Source: an uncultured Owenweeksia sp. (GTDB taxonomy: Bacteria > Bacteroidota > Bacteroidia > Flavobacteriales > Schleiferiaceae). Taken from it: a stretch of 27,882 nt of DNA. The stretch is taken from assembly GCA_964464855.1 (NCBI GenBank), contig CAYXHJ010000001.1, positions 1-27,882 of the forward strand, in the 5' to 3' direction. The notes under the pieces were generated by a model, which worked only from the letters and a program-made list of their open reading frames with translations, was not told the DNA's origin and did no database searches. Of the stretch, positions 16,575 to 26,189 are shown piece after piece (position 1 is the first letter of the stretch; each line of letters starts with the position of its first letter). The translations under genes were made by a program, and so were the position numbers.

Positions 16575-17788
16575 GCGCGTACCGCATACCGTCTGGGGCG
16601 GCCGTGCGCTTGGCGCTGCGTTTGGCGTGGCGAAATTTGGGGCGCAACCGTCGCCGAAGTGCTATTTCCCTAGCGGCCGTAGCCTTTGCATTGTTTTTTG
16701 CGGTGGTCATGCGCTCGCTGCAGCTGGGTGTGTACGGCCACATGATTGAAACCCTGGTGGGCAATGTTTTGGGATATACGGAAGTGGCGGCAGAAGGATA
16801 TTGGCCCTTGCAGTCCTTGGATGCGGCCTTGCCAGAAAATCCCGAGTGGTTAGCGGCCGTGGAGGCTGATGATCAAGTAGGCAAGGCCGCGCCGCGCGTT
16901 GCCGGTTTTGCCTGGCTCAGCGGAGCCAAGGGCGGGAGTGCCGCACAGTTGGTGGGTATTGACGCAGCCCGCGAAAAGCGCGGCGTGGGCGACGGCCCGC
17001 CCGGAAGTATTTGGCTGGGGCCCGGGTTGGCGCGGCAGCTGGGCGTAACCGTGGGCGATTCTGTAGTGGGTTTGGGCCAAGGGTACCAAGGAAGCTTGGC
17101 CAACGGCGGTTTTGTAATGGCCGGGGAAGTCACCGTGGGCAACCCGGATTTGGAGAAGCGTTTGGCCGTTATTTCTCTGCCCGACGCGCAACAATTTTAC
17201 GGTGCTTACGGGCTGTGGACCTCCGTAGTTTTGTCGCCGGACGAACCTACCAACCACCGCGCCGTAGCGGCGCGACTGCCCCAAGATTATCCTTTGGAAG
17301 GAGCCGTTTGGCGCACGTGGGAGGAGCGCATGCCGGAGCTGGACCAAGCCATTCGCGCGGATTCCACGGGCGGATTGGTGGTCCTTTCCGTTCTGTATGT
17401 GGTCATTGGTTTTGGCTTGCTGGGCACGATGCTGATGCTTGCGGAGGAACGCAAACGCGAGTTCAGCATGCAAATTGCATTGGGCGTTTCTCGTCGACTC
17501 CTGGCCGCCACGGTCTTTCTGGAGGCGACCTTTCTGGCGGCATTGGGTGCTTTGATTGGCGGCGGAGCCGGCCGATTGGCCATGGAAATCATGAACGTAT
17601 ACCCCCTTCGTTTGCGCGGAGAATTGGCGGAAGCCATTGTGCGTCAGGGCTGGGCGCCCATTTTGCCCCCCAGCATGGACCCTTCCATCGTGGTGACCCA
17701 CGCCTTGCTCATTTGGTTGTTGGCCGTTCTCGTTGCTTTGTGGCCGGTGCGCGCTGTGTTTAATGCTCCAACGGTTTTTCGCGGATGA
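16571..17788 (+). CDS. ABC transporter permease, LolC/E-FtsX/MacB-like
   Basis: LAWRNLGRNRRRS N-terminus, periplasmic domain, GLLGTMLM...ERKREFSMQIALG and a 4-TM pattern. ATGA overlap with the upstream gene. Confidence 0.88.
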   Translation: MSAYRIPSGAAVRLALRLAWRNLGRNRRRSAISLAAVAFALFFAVVMRSLQLGVYGHMIETLVGNVLGYTEVAAEGYWPLQSLDAALPENPEWLAAVEADDQVGKAAPRVAGFAWLSGAKGGSAAQLVGIDAAREKRGVGDGPPGSIWLGPGLARQLGVTVGDSVVGLGQGYQGSLANGGFVMAGEVTVGNPDLEKRLAVISLPDAQQFYGAYGLWTSVVLSPDEPTNHRAVAARLPQDYPLEGAVWRTWEERMPELDQAIRADSTGGLVVLSVLYVVIGFGLLGTMLMLAEERKREFSMQIALGVSRRLLAATVFLEATFLAALGALIGGGAGRLAMEIMNVYPLRLRGELAEAIVRQGWAPILPPSMDPSIVVTHALLIWLLAVLVALWPVRAVFNAPTVFRG

Positions 17789-19041
17789 CACCCGGTTTGG
17801 TACTCCTGCTGCGCATGGCGTGGCGCAACATCTGGCGCAATCCCGTGCGGAGTTCCGTGGTATTTGTTTCCATGGGATTGGGCGTTTGGGCTGGGCTCTT
17901 CCTCATGGGCTGGGCCAGCGGCATCAACGACGCCCGCGTGCAAGACGCCATCGACGACTATTTGGCCCACGGCCACGTGCACGTTGCGGGCTACACCGCT
18001 GACGGCACGAATCTTCGCGCCCTTCTACCCAATGCGTCGGCCACCTTGGAGCAGTTGGAGGCTCGGCCGGACGTGCGCGGGGTGGCTCCGCGTTTGCAAG
18101 TACCCGCCATGGTACAGGCGGCCTTGGGTTCCAGTGGATTGCTCCTCCAAGGAGTGGATCCTGTACGCGAGGCAAAATTATTCACCGTTCCGCACCGCTT
18201 GCCCGACGGCGCTTTTTTGGCGGACACCGCGCGCGAATTCAACGGTGTGGTGGTGGGTCAGGCCTTGGCCAACCGCTTGGATTTGCGCGTGGGCGACCCC
18301 GTTGTTTTTACCTACCAAGACACCGCCGCCACCGTGCACAGCACCCTGTACACCGTGGAAGGGCTCTACGACGGAACGTCTAACCTCACGGAGGAAGCCG
18401 TGGCCTACGTTCGCTTGGACCGTCTGGCCTCGGAGCTGGGCGTGCCGAATGCAGCGCACGACGTGGCTTTTCGGGTAGATCCGTCGGCTGCGCGTCAAAA
18501 AGAATCTTTGGAAGCCGTTTGCACCCAGATCCAAGCTGATTTTCCGGAACTTCAAGTGAAATCGTGGCGCAAAACGGCCCCGGAAATGGGGTATGTCGAT
18601 GAAATCATGGCACAAGCTTTGCTCCTGTTTATGGGAATCATGCTGTTGGCCATGGCCTTTGGCATCCTGAACACCATGCTCATGGCCATTTTGGAACGCC
18701 AGCGGGAACTGGGCATGTTGATGGCCGTAGGCCTCACCCGCCAGCGAGTTTTTGCGCTGGTGGTGTTGGAGACCGTCTTGCTCACCGGCATTGGACTCCC
18801 CTTTGGTCTCTTGTTGGGCCACACCACGCTGGTGGTCACCAACCGCACCGGCATTTCCTTGGAAGCGTTTGCCGACGGCCTTGCTGAATTTGGCATTTCG
18901 CCCGTCATTTACCCGCAAGTAGTGACCCACTGGTACCTGCCGGTGGTGGCCTTGGTTTTTGTTTTATCTCTTTTGGCGTCGCTGATGCCCGCACGCAAAG
19001 CCGTCTCCCTCAACCCCATTGAAAGCATGCGCGCCTTATGA
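17785..19041 (+). CDS. ABC transporter permease, LolC/E-FtsX/MacB-like
   Basis: MAWRNIWRNPVRS, GILNTMLMAILERQRELGMLMAVG, and C-terminal PARKAVSLNPIESMR. ATGA overlap. Confidence 0.9.
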   Translation: MTPGLVLLLRMAWRNIWRNPVRSSVVFVSMGLGVWAGLFLMGWASGINDARVQDAIDDYLAHGHVHVAGYTADGTNLRALLPNASATLEQLEARPDVRGVAPRLQVPAMVQAALGSSGLLLQGVDPVREAKLFTVPHRLPDGAFLADTAREFNGVVVGQALANRLDLRVGDPVVFTYQDTAATVHSTLYTVEGLYDGTSNLTEEAVAYVRLDRLASELGVPNAAHDVAFRVDPSAARQKESLEAVCTQIQADFPELQVKSWRKTAPEMGYVDEIMAQALLLFMGIMLLAMAFGILNTMLMAILERQRELGMLMAVGLTRQRVFALVVLETVLLTGIGLPFGLLLGHTTLVVTNRTGISLEAFADGLAEFGISPVIYPQVVTHWYLPVVALVFVLSLLASLMPARKAVSLNPIESMRAL

Positions 19042-19724
19042 GCCTGATTACTCTTTCCAGCCTCCGCAAAGTATATACCGAAACGGCCTCCGACGTGGTG
19101 GCGGTGGATTCCGTTGATTTGACTTTAGAGGCCGGCGAATTCGCCGCACTCGTAGGACCGTCGGGTTGCGGAAAAACCACTCTACTCAACTTGATTGGGG
19201 GGCTGGACCGACCCAGTGCAGGAAGGGTGGTGGTTAGCGGCACCGATTTGAGCACCCTTTCCGATGCGGACTTGGTTCGGTTCCGATTGGAGCACATTGG
19301 CTTTGTTTTTCAGGCCTACAACCTCATTCCCGTATTGACGGCCCTGGAGAATACCGTCTTTATTCTGGAGTTGCAGGGCGTTGCCGCAGCCGAGCGCAAT
19401 AAACGCGGCATGGAGCTTTTGGACGCCGTAGGTTTGGCAGACAAGGCCCACCACCGTCCGGCACAACTGTCTGGTGGTCAGCAACAACGCGTAGCTGTGG
19501 CGCGCGCCTTGGCGTCCAAGCCTGCCTTTGTTTTGGCGGACGAACCCACGGCCAATTTGGACTCAAAAAGTGCCTCCACCTTGTTGGACATCATGGTGGA
19601 CCTGAACCGCACGGAGGGCACGCTGTTTTTGTTTTCCACCCACGACCCCCGCGTGGTGGACCGTGCCCGCCGCACCTTCCACTTGGAAGATGGACGGGTA
19701 GTTTGGGAAGAGAAAAAGTCCTGA
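19038..19724 (+). CDS. ABC transporter ATP-binding protein, LolD/MacB-like
   Basis: Walker A GPSGCGKTT, GFVFQAYNL, signature LSGGQQQRVAVAR, Walker B LADEPT and H-loop STHD. Confidence 0.93.
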   Translation: MSLITLSSLRKVYTETASDVVAVDSVDLTLEAGEFAALVGPSGCGKTTLLNLIGGLDRPSAGRVVVSGTDLSTLSDADLVRFRLEHIGFVFQAYNLIPVLTALENTVFILELQGVAAAERNKRGMELLDAVGLADKAHHRPAQLSGGQQQRVAVARALASKPAFVLADEPTANLDSKSASTLLDIMVDLNRTEGTLFLFSTHDPRVVDRARRTFHLEDGRVVWEEKKS

Positions 19725-19795
19725 TTCAGGCAGCGGCACGCACGCCGGGCGCGGACACATGCTGCCCCCGCATTTTGCGGTTTAACGGGTAAATC

Positions 19796-21622
19796 TTATT
19801 GGTTTTCAGCCTCCTGGGCGTCCAATGCCGTCTTGACGGCGGCGGCCTTTTTGCTGCCCACTACTGCAGACACTTCGTCGAGGGTTGCTCGTGCAATGCC
19901 CGCAGCACTTTTGAAATGCGAGAGCAACAGTTCAACCGTGGCCGGCCCCACCCCGGGAATGGACTCCAGCTTCGTGGCGATGGTTCCCTTGCTTCGGCGG
20001 TTGCGGTGGTGCGTAATGCCAAATCGATGCGCCTCGTCGCGCGCGCGCTGGAGCACCTTCAGCGTTTCCGATCGTTTGTCCAAGTACAATGGATCGCTGT
20101 CTCCCGGGTAGTAGAGCTCCTCCAATCGTTTGGCAATCCCGATGATGGAAATTTTCCCGCGTAAACCCAATTCGTTTAGGGCCTCGACGGCTGCGGACAA
20201 CTGCCCTTTGCCGCCGTCCACCAGAATCAACTGCGGCAGTGGTTGCTCCTCCTCCAACAAACGTTTGTAGCGACGCGTGATGACCTCCGCCATGGTGGCA
20301 AAGTCGTTGGGTCCCTCCACCGTTTTCACGTTGAAATGGCGGTAGTCCCGTTTGGAGGGTTTGCCGTCTTTGAACACCACGCAGGCACTCACCGGAAAAT
20401 CTCCGTGAAAATTGGAATTGTCAAAACACTCAAAATGCCGCGGTTCCACCGGCAAGCGCAGGTCCGTCTGCATCTGTTTCATCAGCCGATTGACGTGTCG
20501 GTCCGGATCCACAATGCTCAAATTCTTCAGCTTTTCCAGGCGGTAAGCGCGCGCGTTGCGCAGGGATAGTTCAATGAGCCGAAGTTTATCGCCGCGCTGC
20601 GGTACGGCCACTTTGACTCCGTCGATCTCCAAGTCCAACGGTTGAGAAAGCAGAATTTCCGACGATTCGGAACCGAAGAGCTCCCGCAGTTCGGCCACAC
20701 CTACGGCCAACAATTCAGCGTCGGATTCGTCCAGTTTCTTTTTGAATTCCAAGGTGTGACCGCGCACCACGGCGCCTTCGCGCAGCACCAAACCGTTGAC
20801 GTACGCAAACTCAGCGTCGCTCAACAACGTAAAGACGTCGGCGTCCCCAACGGTGGGATTGACTACGGTTGATTTGGCCTGGTATTTCTCCAGCAAGAGC
20901 AAGCGCTCCTTGGACTCTTGTGCCGCCTCAAATTCCAGAGCGGCCGCATGCTCCTCCATCTGCTGTTGAAGGATCTTTTTGGCGTGGCGCAGGCGTCCTT
21001 TCAGCAGCGAACGAACGGATTCCAGCGTGCGGTTGTATTCGGTTTCCGACTGATCCCCTACGCACGGTCCCTTGCAGTTTTTGAGGTGGTACTCCAAACA
21101 TACCTTGAATTTGCCTTGGCGAATATTGTCTTGCGTCAGTGCCAAATTGCAGGTGCGCAGTGGATACAGTTGCTTGATCAGGTCCAACACGGTGTACATG
21201 CCTTTGCTGGAGACGTAGGGGCCGTAGTATTCGCCTTCGCGCGGCTTGAACTGGAAGGTGGGGTACACCCGCGGGAATCGCTCTTTTTTGATCACAATCC
21301 ACGGGTAGCTCTTGCCGTCCTTCAGGTTGATGTTGTACTTGGGCTGCTCTTTTTTGATCAGGGTATTTTCCAGCAAGAGCGCCTCGTACTCGGTCTCCGT
21401 CACCATGAATTCGATCCGACGGACCTGCATCACCAGGTTTTGGAGTCGTTGGTTGTCGTGTTTCCCGCGGAAGTAGGAATTGACCCGGTTCTTTAGATTC
21501 TTGGCCTTCCCGATGTAGAGGATTTTATCTTCCGCATCCAAGTGCTTGTAAATGCCCGGTTTGTCGGGCAAGCTGCGCAGAAATACACGCAAATGGGCAA
21601 AGGGATCCAAACCGTCGGGCAC
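19796..21622 (-). CDS. uvrC: Excinuclease ABC subunit C
   Basis: GIY-YIG (PGIY...LYIGKAKNLKNRV.SYF), Cys cluster, UVR domain (LEFEAA...), RNase-H-like ECFDNS...DYRHFN...DDF-like PNDF, LVDGGKGQL, RARDEAHRFGITHHR and HhH IPGVGP. GTG start. Confidence 0.96.
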   Translation of the reverse strand: MPDGLDPFAHLRVFLRSLPDKPGIYKHLDAEDKILYIGKAKNLKNRVNSYFRGKHDNQRLQNLVMQVRRIEFMVTETEYEALLLENTLIKKEQPKYNINLKDGKSYPWIVIKKERFPRVYPTFQFKPREGEYYGPYVSSKGMYTVLDLIKQLYPLRTCNLALTQDNIRQGKFKVCLEYHLKNCKGPCVGDQSETEYNRTLESVRSLLKGRLRHAKKILQQQMEEHAAALEFEAAQESKERLLLLEKYQAKSTVVNPTVGDADVFTLLSDAEFAYVNGLVLREGAVVRGHTLEFKKKLDESDAELLAVGVAELRELFGSESSEILLSQPLDLEIDGVKVAVPQRGDKLRLIELSLRNARAYRLEKLKNLSIVDPDRHVNRLMKQMQTDLRLPVEPRHFECFDNSNFHGDFPVSACVVFKDGKPSKRDYRHFNVKTVEGPNDFATMAEVITRRYKRLLEEEQPLPQLILVDGGKGQLSAAVEALNELGLRGKISIIGIAKRLEELYYPGDSDPLYLDKRSETLKVLQRARDEAHRFGITHHRNRRSKGTIATKLESIPGVGPATVELLLSHFKSAAGIARATLDEVSAVVGSKKAAAVKTALDAQEAENQ

Positions 21623-21680
21623 AGTGCAAAACTACTGCGTACAGCAACAGTACGGTTGGAAAACAAAGGGGTATAAAACA

Positions 21681-21709
21681 GCGAGGGCCGCCCAACGGGC
21701 GGCCCTCGC
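21681..21709 (-). terminator. Intrinsic terminator after the type B T9SS cargo gene
   Basis: GCGAGGGCCGCCC-AAC-GGGCGGCCCTCGC, a perfect 13-bp stem followed on the minus strand by TGTTTTAT. Confidence 0.75.
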
Positions 21710-21744
21710 ATCGGCGCGCCTGTGGGCGCGCGCAAAAAGAATCA

Positions 21745-23928
21745 TTACTTCCGCAGCAAGGTAACGTTGCCCTTCCACTGCCGACGACGACCGGCGTACG
21801 CAGGCGGTGTATTGTTGGCAGCGTCAAAGGCCTCTACTATGTAGAAGTACACACCGGCCGGAAGCGGTTGACCTTGGCGGTCTTCACCCTTCCATGGGTT
21901 GCTGTTGTCGTAGTTGTAGTTCTCGTACACCAAGATTCCGGTTCGATCGAAAATCTTCACAATCCGATCCGTTTGGTAACTCATCAAACCGCGAATGGTA
22001 AATCCGTCGTTTTGGCCGTCTCCGTTGGGCGTGAAGACGTTCGGTACCGTGAGCGAATCAATGGGCGGAATTGGAGGAACGGGTTCGCCAACCTGAATCC
22101 AGTTGGACCACGCGGTATCTTCCGCAGAAACCTGACTCATGTTCCGCACCGTACGAATGCGCACGGCATACAATCCGGGACCAAGGTTTGGGTGTACCAC
22201 GGTTGCGGTGGTATCTCCGTTGGGCGTGCCGTAGTTCTCCCACAGCCACTGGTTCGGCCCAATGCTTGTTCCCCATTGGATTTGGTACTGTGGGTTGTTC
22301 CAACCGTTGTACTCGTTCCAAACAACCGGCACGCTGGAAGCCGTAGTTAAGTCACCGCGCAACCACATGCTGTGCACCACGTTGGTGGGCGGCATTTGCT
22401 GCTGGTTCAAAATCATCTGCACATAGTAGCGGTAGGAACGAGCATCAACTTTGGCGGCATCTACGCTAACATCCACAAATTCGCGTGCTGCGGAATCGTT
22501 GAGCGAGGCAATGGCTTGATACGATGCACCACCGTCCGCGGAACGGTAAATGCGGTACAGGTTGAACAGATACGACGGGAAGGTAGCGGGATCTATGCGC
22601 CAATAGAGGTGCGGGTGTTCGTCCTCATCGATGGAGACGTTCCGCAGTTGCATGTCCAAATTGATGCAGTTGTTCACCTTCAGGATGATGGTGTCGAACT
22701 CGTTCATGTCTTTACCGCACTTGTTCAGCAGGGTATTTCCATCGTTCCCCACTTTGGAGTACAAATAGTAGTCGCCGTTCAACGACAAAGGCTTGCTCAG
22801 TTTGACCAACAAACTGTCCGTTTCACCGTTGTAGTCTGGGTAACCGACCAAATTTAAAATTGGAATGGGCTGGCCGTTGGGGGAAGTCAACCGGAAGTCG
22901 GAGCCGTCCGGAGATACAGAGGCCATTTCCACGGGCAAGGTAAAGCGAAGCATCACGGAAGAATCCAAGCAGTCGTATTGACGAACTTGGCGCCCGCGGT
23001 TGTCCAAACTCACACCGGGCGAGGGAAACTTAAGCTTCACGCCCGCATTCACAATGGGCAAACAGTTGTTGGCAACAGTGACTTGGATTTCCCGATTGGA
23101 GGACCCTACTTTTTCCCAAAAACCATAAAGTGTATCGTATCGGTATTCGTTGACCCGTACGGCAATGACCGAGGTCTCCGCTTGAGTAGCTGTAAACGTA
23201 ATGTTTCCTGTCTGGGCATTCAGTGCAAAGGGATTTGCTGCACTGGTGGTGATGGGGGAGGTGTAGGTGTAACCTGCATTGTATCCCAGAGCAACTCCGG
23301 TGGTACCACCCAGTTGACGAGCAGGTACCAATTCGTACGAAATGGAATCTCCGTCGATTTCCAATGCATTTTGGAGGTAATTCGTATATCCACCAATGCA
23401 GATGTAGCTCAATGGAATTGACACAAAGCTCGGTGAAGAGTTTTTGCCCAACGTGTTGTTCAATTCCGCCTCAAAGTAGAAGCCCTGACCGCCGGAATTG
23501 TTGAGCGAGGTGATGTTGAAGACGCGGCAGCACGTTTGCCAGTACATGTAGTAGTCGTTGCAGACCTGGGGCAATACAACGTAGCCGTAGTGTACGTTGA
23601 TCATGGGGCTGTACACGGAACTACCTGCTCCTTGCTGAATGCAGTCGTAGGCGCCCAAAGACATGGCGTTGATGGCCGCACCCGGACGGGTTACCGTGAC
23701 GTTGGTGTTGATGTTGCAGCTCGCTGAACGGATGGTCACCGTTTGTGTGGCACCGGGGTCAAAGGAAGTCTGTTCCCAGTAGATAACCAGCTTGATGCGG
23801 TACTGGTTGGGTACGCCGGTGGAGTCGCCTACGTATTTGTATTGAATGTCTCCACCCAAAATGTGCGATGCGCGTGCGCCAAAAGATGCCGTGAGCACCA
23901 GAGCAAGGAGAAGAAGAATGCGTTTCAT
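21745..23928 (-). CDS. Secreted protein with T9SS type B (gliding-motility-associated, CHU_C) C-terminal domain
   Basis: Signal peptide then SHILGGDIQY, TCCR, NSSPSF, GDSISYEL, VRVNEYR. C-terminal VPNVFTPNGDGQNDGF...KIFDRTG..VY......W.G....G..LPAGVYFYIV.....KGNVTLLR. Confidence 0.88.
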   Translation of the reverse strand: MKRILLLLALVLTASFGARASHILGGDIQYKYVGDSTGVPNQYRIKLVIYWEQTSFDPGATQTVTIRSASCNINTNVTVTRPGAAINAMSLGAYDCIQQGAGSSVYSPMINVHYGYVVLPQVCNDYYMYWQTCCRVFNITSLNNSGGQGFYFEAELNNTLGKNSSPSFVSIPLSYICIGGYTNYLQNALEIDGDSISYELVPARQLGGTTGVALGYNAGYTYTSPITTSAANPFALNAQTGNITFTATQAETSVIAVRVNEYRYDTLYGFWEKVGSSNREIQVTVANNCLPIVNAGVKLKFPSPGVSLDNRGRQVRQYDCLDSSVMLRFTLPVEMASVSPDGSDFRLTSPNGQPIPILNLVGYPDYNGETDSLLVKLSKPLSLNGDYYLYSKVGNDGNTLLNKCGKDMNEFDTIILKVNNCINLDMQLRNVSIDEDEHPHLYWRIDPATFPSYLFNLYRIYRSADGGASYQAIASLNDSAAREFVDVSVDAAKVDARSYRYYVQMILNQQQMPPTNVVHSMWLRGDLTTASSVPVVWNEYNGWNNPQYQIQWGTSIGPNQWLWENYGTPNGDTTATVVHPNLGPGLYAVRIRTVRNMSQVSAEDTAWSNWIQVGEPVPPIPPIDSLTVPNVFTPNGDGQNDGFTIRGLMSYQTDRIVKIFDRTGILVYENYNYDNSNPWKGEDRQGQPLPAGVYFYIVEAFDAANNTPPAYAGRRRQWKGNVTLLRK

Positions 23929-24043
23929 CGTTGAGTCGATTGGAATCGTTGGGAATTTTTGCAGTTACGAATGTAGCAATTAGTCACCTATTTTAACCGG
24001 TCAATGAGAGAACGACGCCCTCCATCTACCTACCGCTTCGGTG

Positions 24044-24670
24044 TTACCAACGCACGACCAATAACGTCACTGCGGGCAGTGCGCCAAAGAGGAGTCCCCA
24101 ACCTATCTCCGCGGGGGTGTGCGCACGGAGTTGGAGCCGTGCAGCGACAATGGCGGTGAGGATAAGAATGGAACACAGCAGCGGCCAAGGAGACCATCCC
24201 CATTCCAACGACGCCAAGGCAATGGAGCTGCTGGCGGCAGCCATTCCTGCCGTGTGGCCGCTGGCTTTGGTCCACAACAAAGCACCGTATACCAAGAAGA
24301 CAGTAGCACAGCCGGCCAACAGGGACCAGGTCAATACTTCCGGAAATCCCCAGCGAGCATTCAACTTATACGCCCAGTAGAAGCCGGCAGCGGCCACGGC
24401 GAGCGGCCATTGACGATCGGTTCGAAGCGGTAGCTGAAATGCGCTGACCAAGTTCATGCGGTGAAGCACAAAGGCCGTAAGTGCTGGGGCTACGGCAGTA
24501 CCCAGGAAGACGCCCCCTAAACTCCACGTAGAGCGTGCGTTCCAACCGTCGGGTGCCGACGTTAAAAACAATAGGGCCAGTTGTGTGGGCATGATCATGG
24601 GGTGAAAAACCGTGGAAACCACGTACGCCCAACGGGAATGGGAGCCAGAATTAAACGCCAAGCGGCTCAT
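24044..24670 (-). CDS. Multi-pass membrane protein, PAP2-superfamily-like
   Basis: About 6 hydrophobic segments, VSTVFHP, KASGH (C2-like) and ARLQLRAHTPAE (C3-like). ATGA overlap with rpoN. Confidence 0.65.
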   Translation of the reverse strand: MSRLAFNSGSHSRWAYVVSTVFHPMIMPTQLALLFLTSAPDGWNARSTWSLGGVFLGTAVAPALTAFVLHRMNLVSAFQLPLRTDRQWPLAVAAAGFYWAYKLNARWGFPEVLTWSLLAGCATVFLVYGALLWTKASGHTAGMAAASSSIALASLEWGWSPWPLLCSILILTAIVAARLQLRAHTPAEIGWGLLFGALPAVTLLVVRW

Positions 24671-26154
24671 AACGTTTTGCGCAATCGTGCCACAGGAATC
24701 CCCAATTGCTCCCGGTATTTGGCCACCGTGCGCCGGGCAATGGGGTAGCCTTTTTCTTCTAAGAGTTGCGCAAGGGCATCATCTGTCAGCGGATTTCGTG
24801 TGTCCTCGTCGCCAATGGAGTCCTCCAAAATCTTCTTGATTTCTTTCGTAGAAACCTCTTCGCCTTCGGAGTTCAACATGGACTCGGAGAAGAACGTTTT
24901 AATCAAAAAGGTACCGAAGGGCGTTTGCACGTATTTGTTGCTCGCCACGCGGCTGACGGTGGAGATGTCCATGCCCACTTGATCTGCGATATCCTTGAGG
25001 ATCATGGGTTTCAAGTGCCGCTCGTCGCCGGTCAGGAAGTACTTTTCTTGGTACTTCATGATGGCAGACATGGTTAAGATGAGCGTTTGCTGGCGCTGTT
25101 TTATGGCATCGATGAACCACTTGGCAGCGTCGATTTTCTGCTTCACAAAAAGGAGCGCTTCTTTGCTCGCGGCGGAAGCATTGCCCTTGCTTTCTTTGTA
25201 GTGCGACAGCATCTCTTTGTAGTCGCGGGAAATGTTCAGTTCGGGCGCGTTGCGGCTGTTCAACTGCAATTCCAGCCGGCCGTCGTGCACGGTGATGAGG
25301 TAATCCGGAACGATGACCTCGCCGCTGGGAGCGCCGGAACCGCCCACGGAAAGTCCCGGCTTGGGGTTGAGTCTTCCGATTTCCGCCAACACCTCTTTCA
25401 GCGTGGATTCGTCGGTGTGCAATAGATCCAACAGCTTGGCGTAGTGTCGTTTGGCCAAGGCATCGAACCCGCTTTCCACCACCTGCAAGGCCATGCGGGT
25501 CATGGGGGTAGCTGGGCGCTTTCGTTCCAATTGAAGTACCAGGCATTCTTGAAGACCGCGCGCGCCAATTCCCGGTGGGTCCAACGATTGGATGCGCTCA
25601 ATCAGTCGTTCCAAGTCCGCTGGCTCCACAATTACACCCAGGGTAAAGGCGAGGTCGTCGCAAATGTCCAACGTGGCCCGACGCAAATATCCGTCGTCGT
25701 CCAAGGTGCCAATCAAGTACTTGCACAGGGTTTCGTCGTTGGGAGAAAGGACAACGGTAGACAACTGCTCCAGCAGGTAATCCTGCATGGACTTAGCTCC
25801 CACGAGTGGGGTTTCGTAGCTCTCGTCGTCCGCACTTTGGTTGCTGGTTTGCGTTTTGTAGTCCGGGGTGTCGTCGTCGAAGTAATCTGAAAAATCGAGG
25901 GCATCGCGTTCTTCCCGGGAATCATCGCCGTCGTTGGCGTCGCGTTCGTCGGGAAATTCTTGGTCCCATTCGTCGGCGGGCGCTTCGTCGGCGGATCGGT
26001 CCACTTCGCCCTCCTCCAAAGCAGGGTTGATTTCCAACTCCTCCTGAATGCGTTCTTCCAAAGACTGCGTCTGCAACTGAATCAGCTTCATGAGCTGAAT
26101 CTGCTGCGGGCTCAGCTTTTGCTGCAGCTTTTGGGAGAGGTTTTGGTGAAGCAC
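24667..26154 (-). CDS. rpoN: RNA polymerase sigma-54 factor
   Basis: Gln/Leu-rich region I (QKLQQKLSPQQIQLMKLIQL...EINPALEE), DPPGIGARGLQECL, KPMILKDIA...DISTVSRV and RpoN box ARRTVAKYRE. GTG start. Confidence 0.97.
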   Translation of the reverse strand: MLHQNLSQKLQQKLSPQQIQLMKLIQLQTQSLEERIQEELEINPALEEGEVDRSADEAPADEWDQEFPDERDANDGDDSREERDALDFSDYFDDDTPDYKTQTSNQSADDESYETPLVGAKSMQDYLLEQLSTVVLSPNDETLCKYLIGTLDDDGYLRRATLDICDDLAFTLGVIVEPADLERLIERIQSLDPPGIGARGLQECLVLQLERKRPATPMTRMALQVVESGFDALAKRHYAKLLDLLHTDESTLKEVLAEIGRLNPKPGLSVGGSGAPSGEVIVPDYLITVHDGRLELQLNSRNAPELNISRDYKEMLSHYKESKGNASAASKEALLFVKQKIDAAKWFIDAIKQRQQTLILTMSAIMKYQEKYFLTGDERHLKPMILKDIADQVGMDISTVSRVASNKYVQTPFGTFLIKTFFSESMLNSEGEEVSTKEIKKILEDSIGDEDTRNPLTDDALAQLLEEKGYPIARRTVAKYREQLGIPVARLRKTL

Positions 26155-26189
26155 GGGTGGGGCGAAGGATTTGTTTTGACGGTAGTGGC

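Noticed and set aside
19725-19795. Possible terminator between the convergent ABC ATPase and uvrC
   Set aside because: Only short stems (CCGC-ATTTT-GCGG; GGCAGC...GCTGCC) without a convincing T tract, so it is not supportable.
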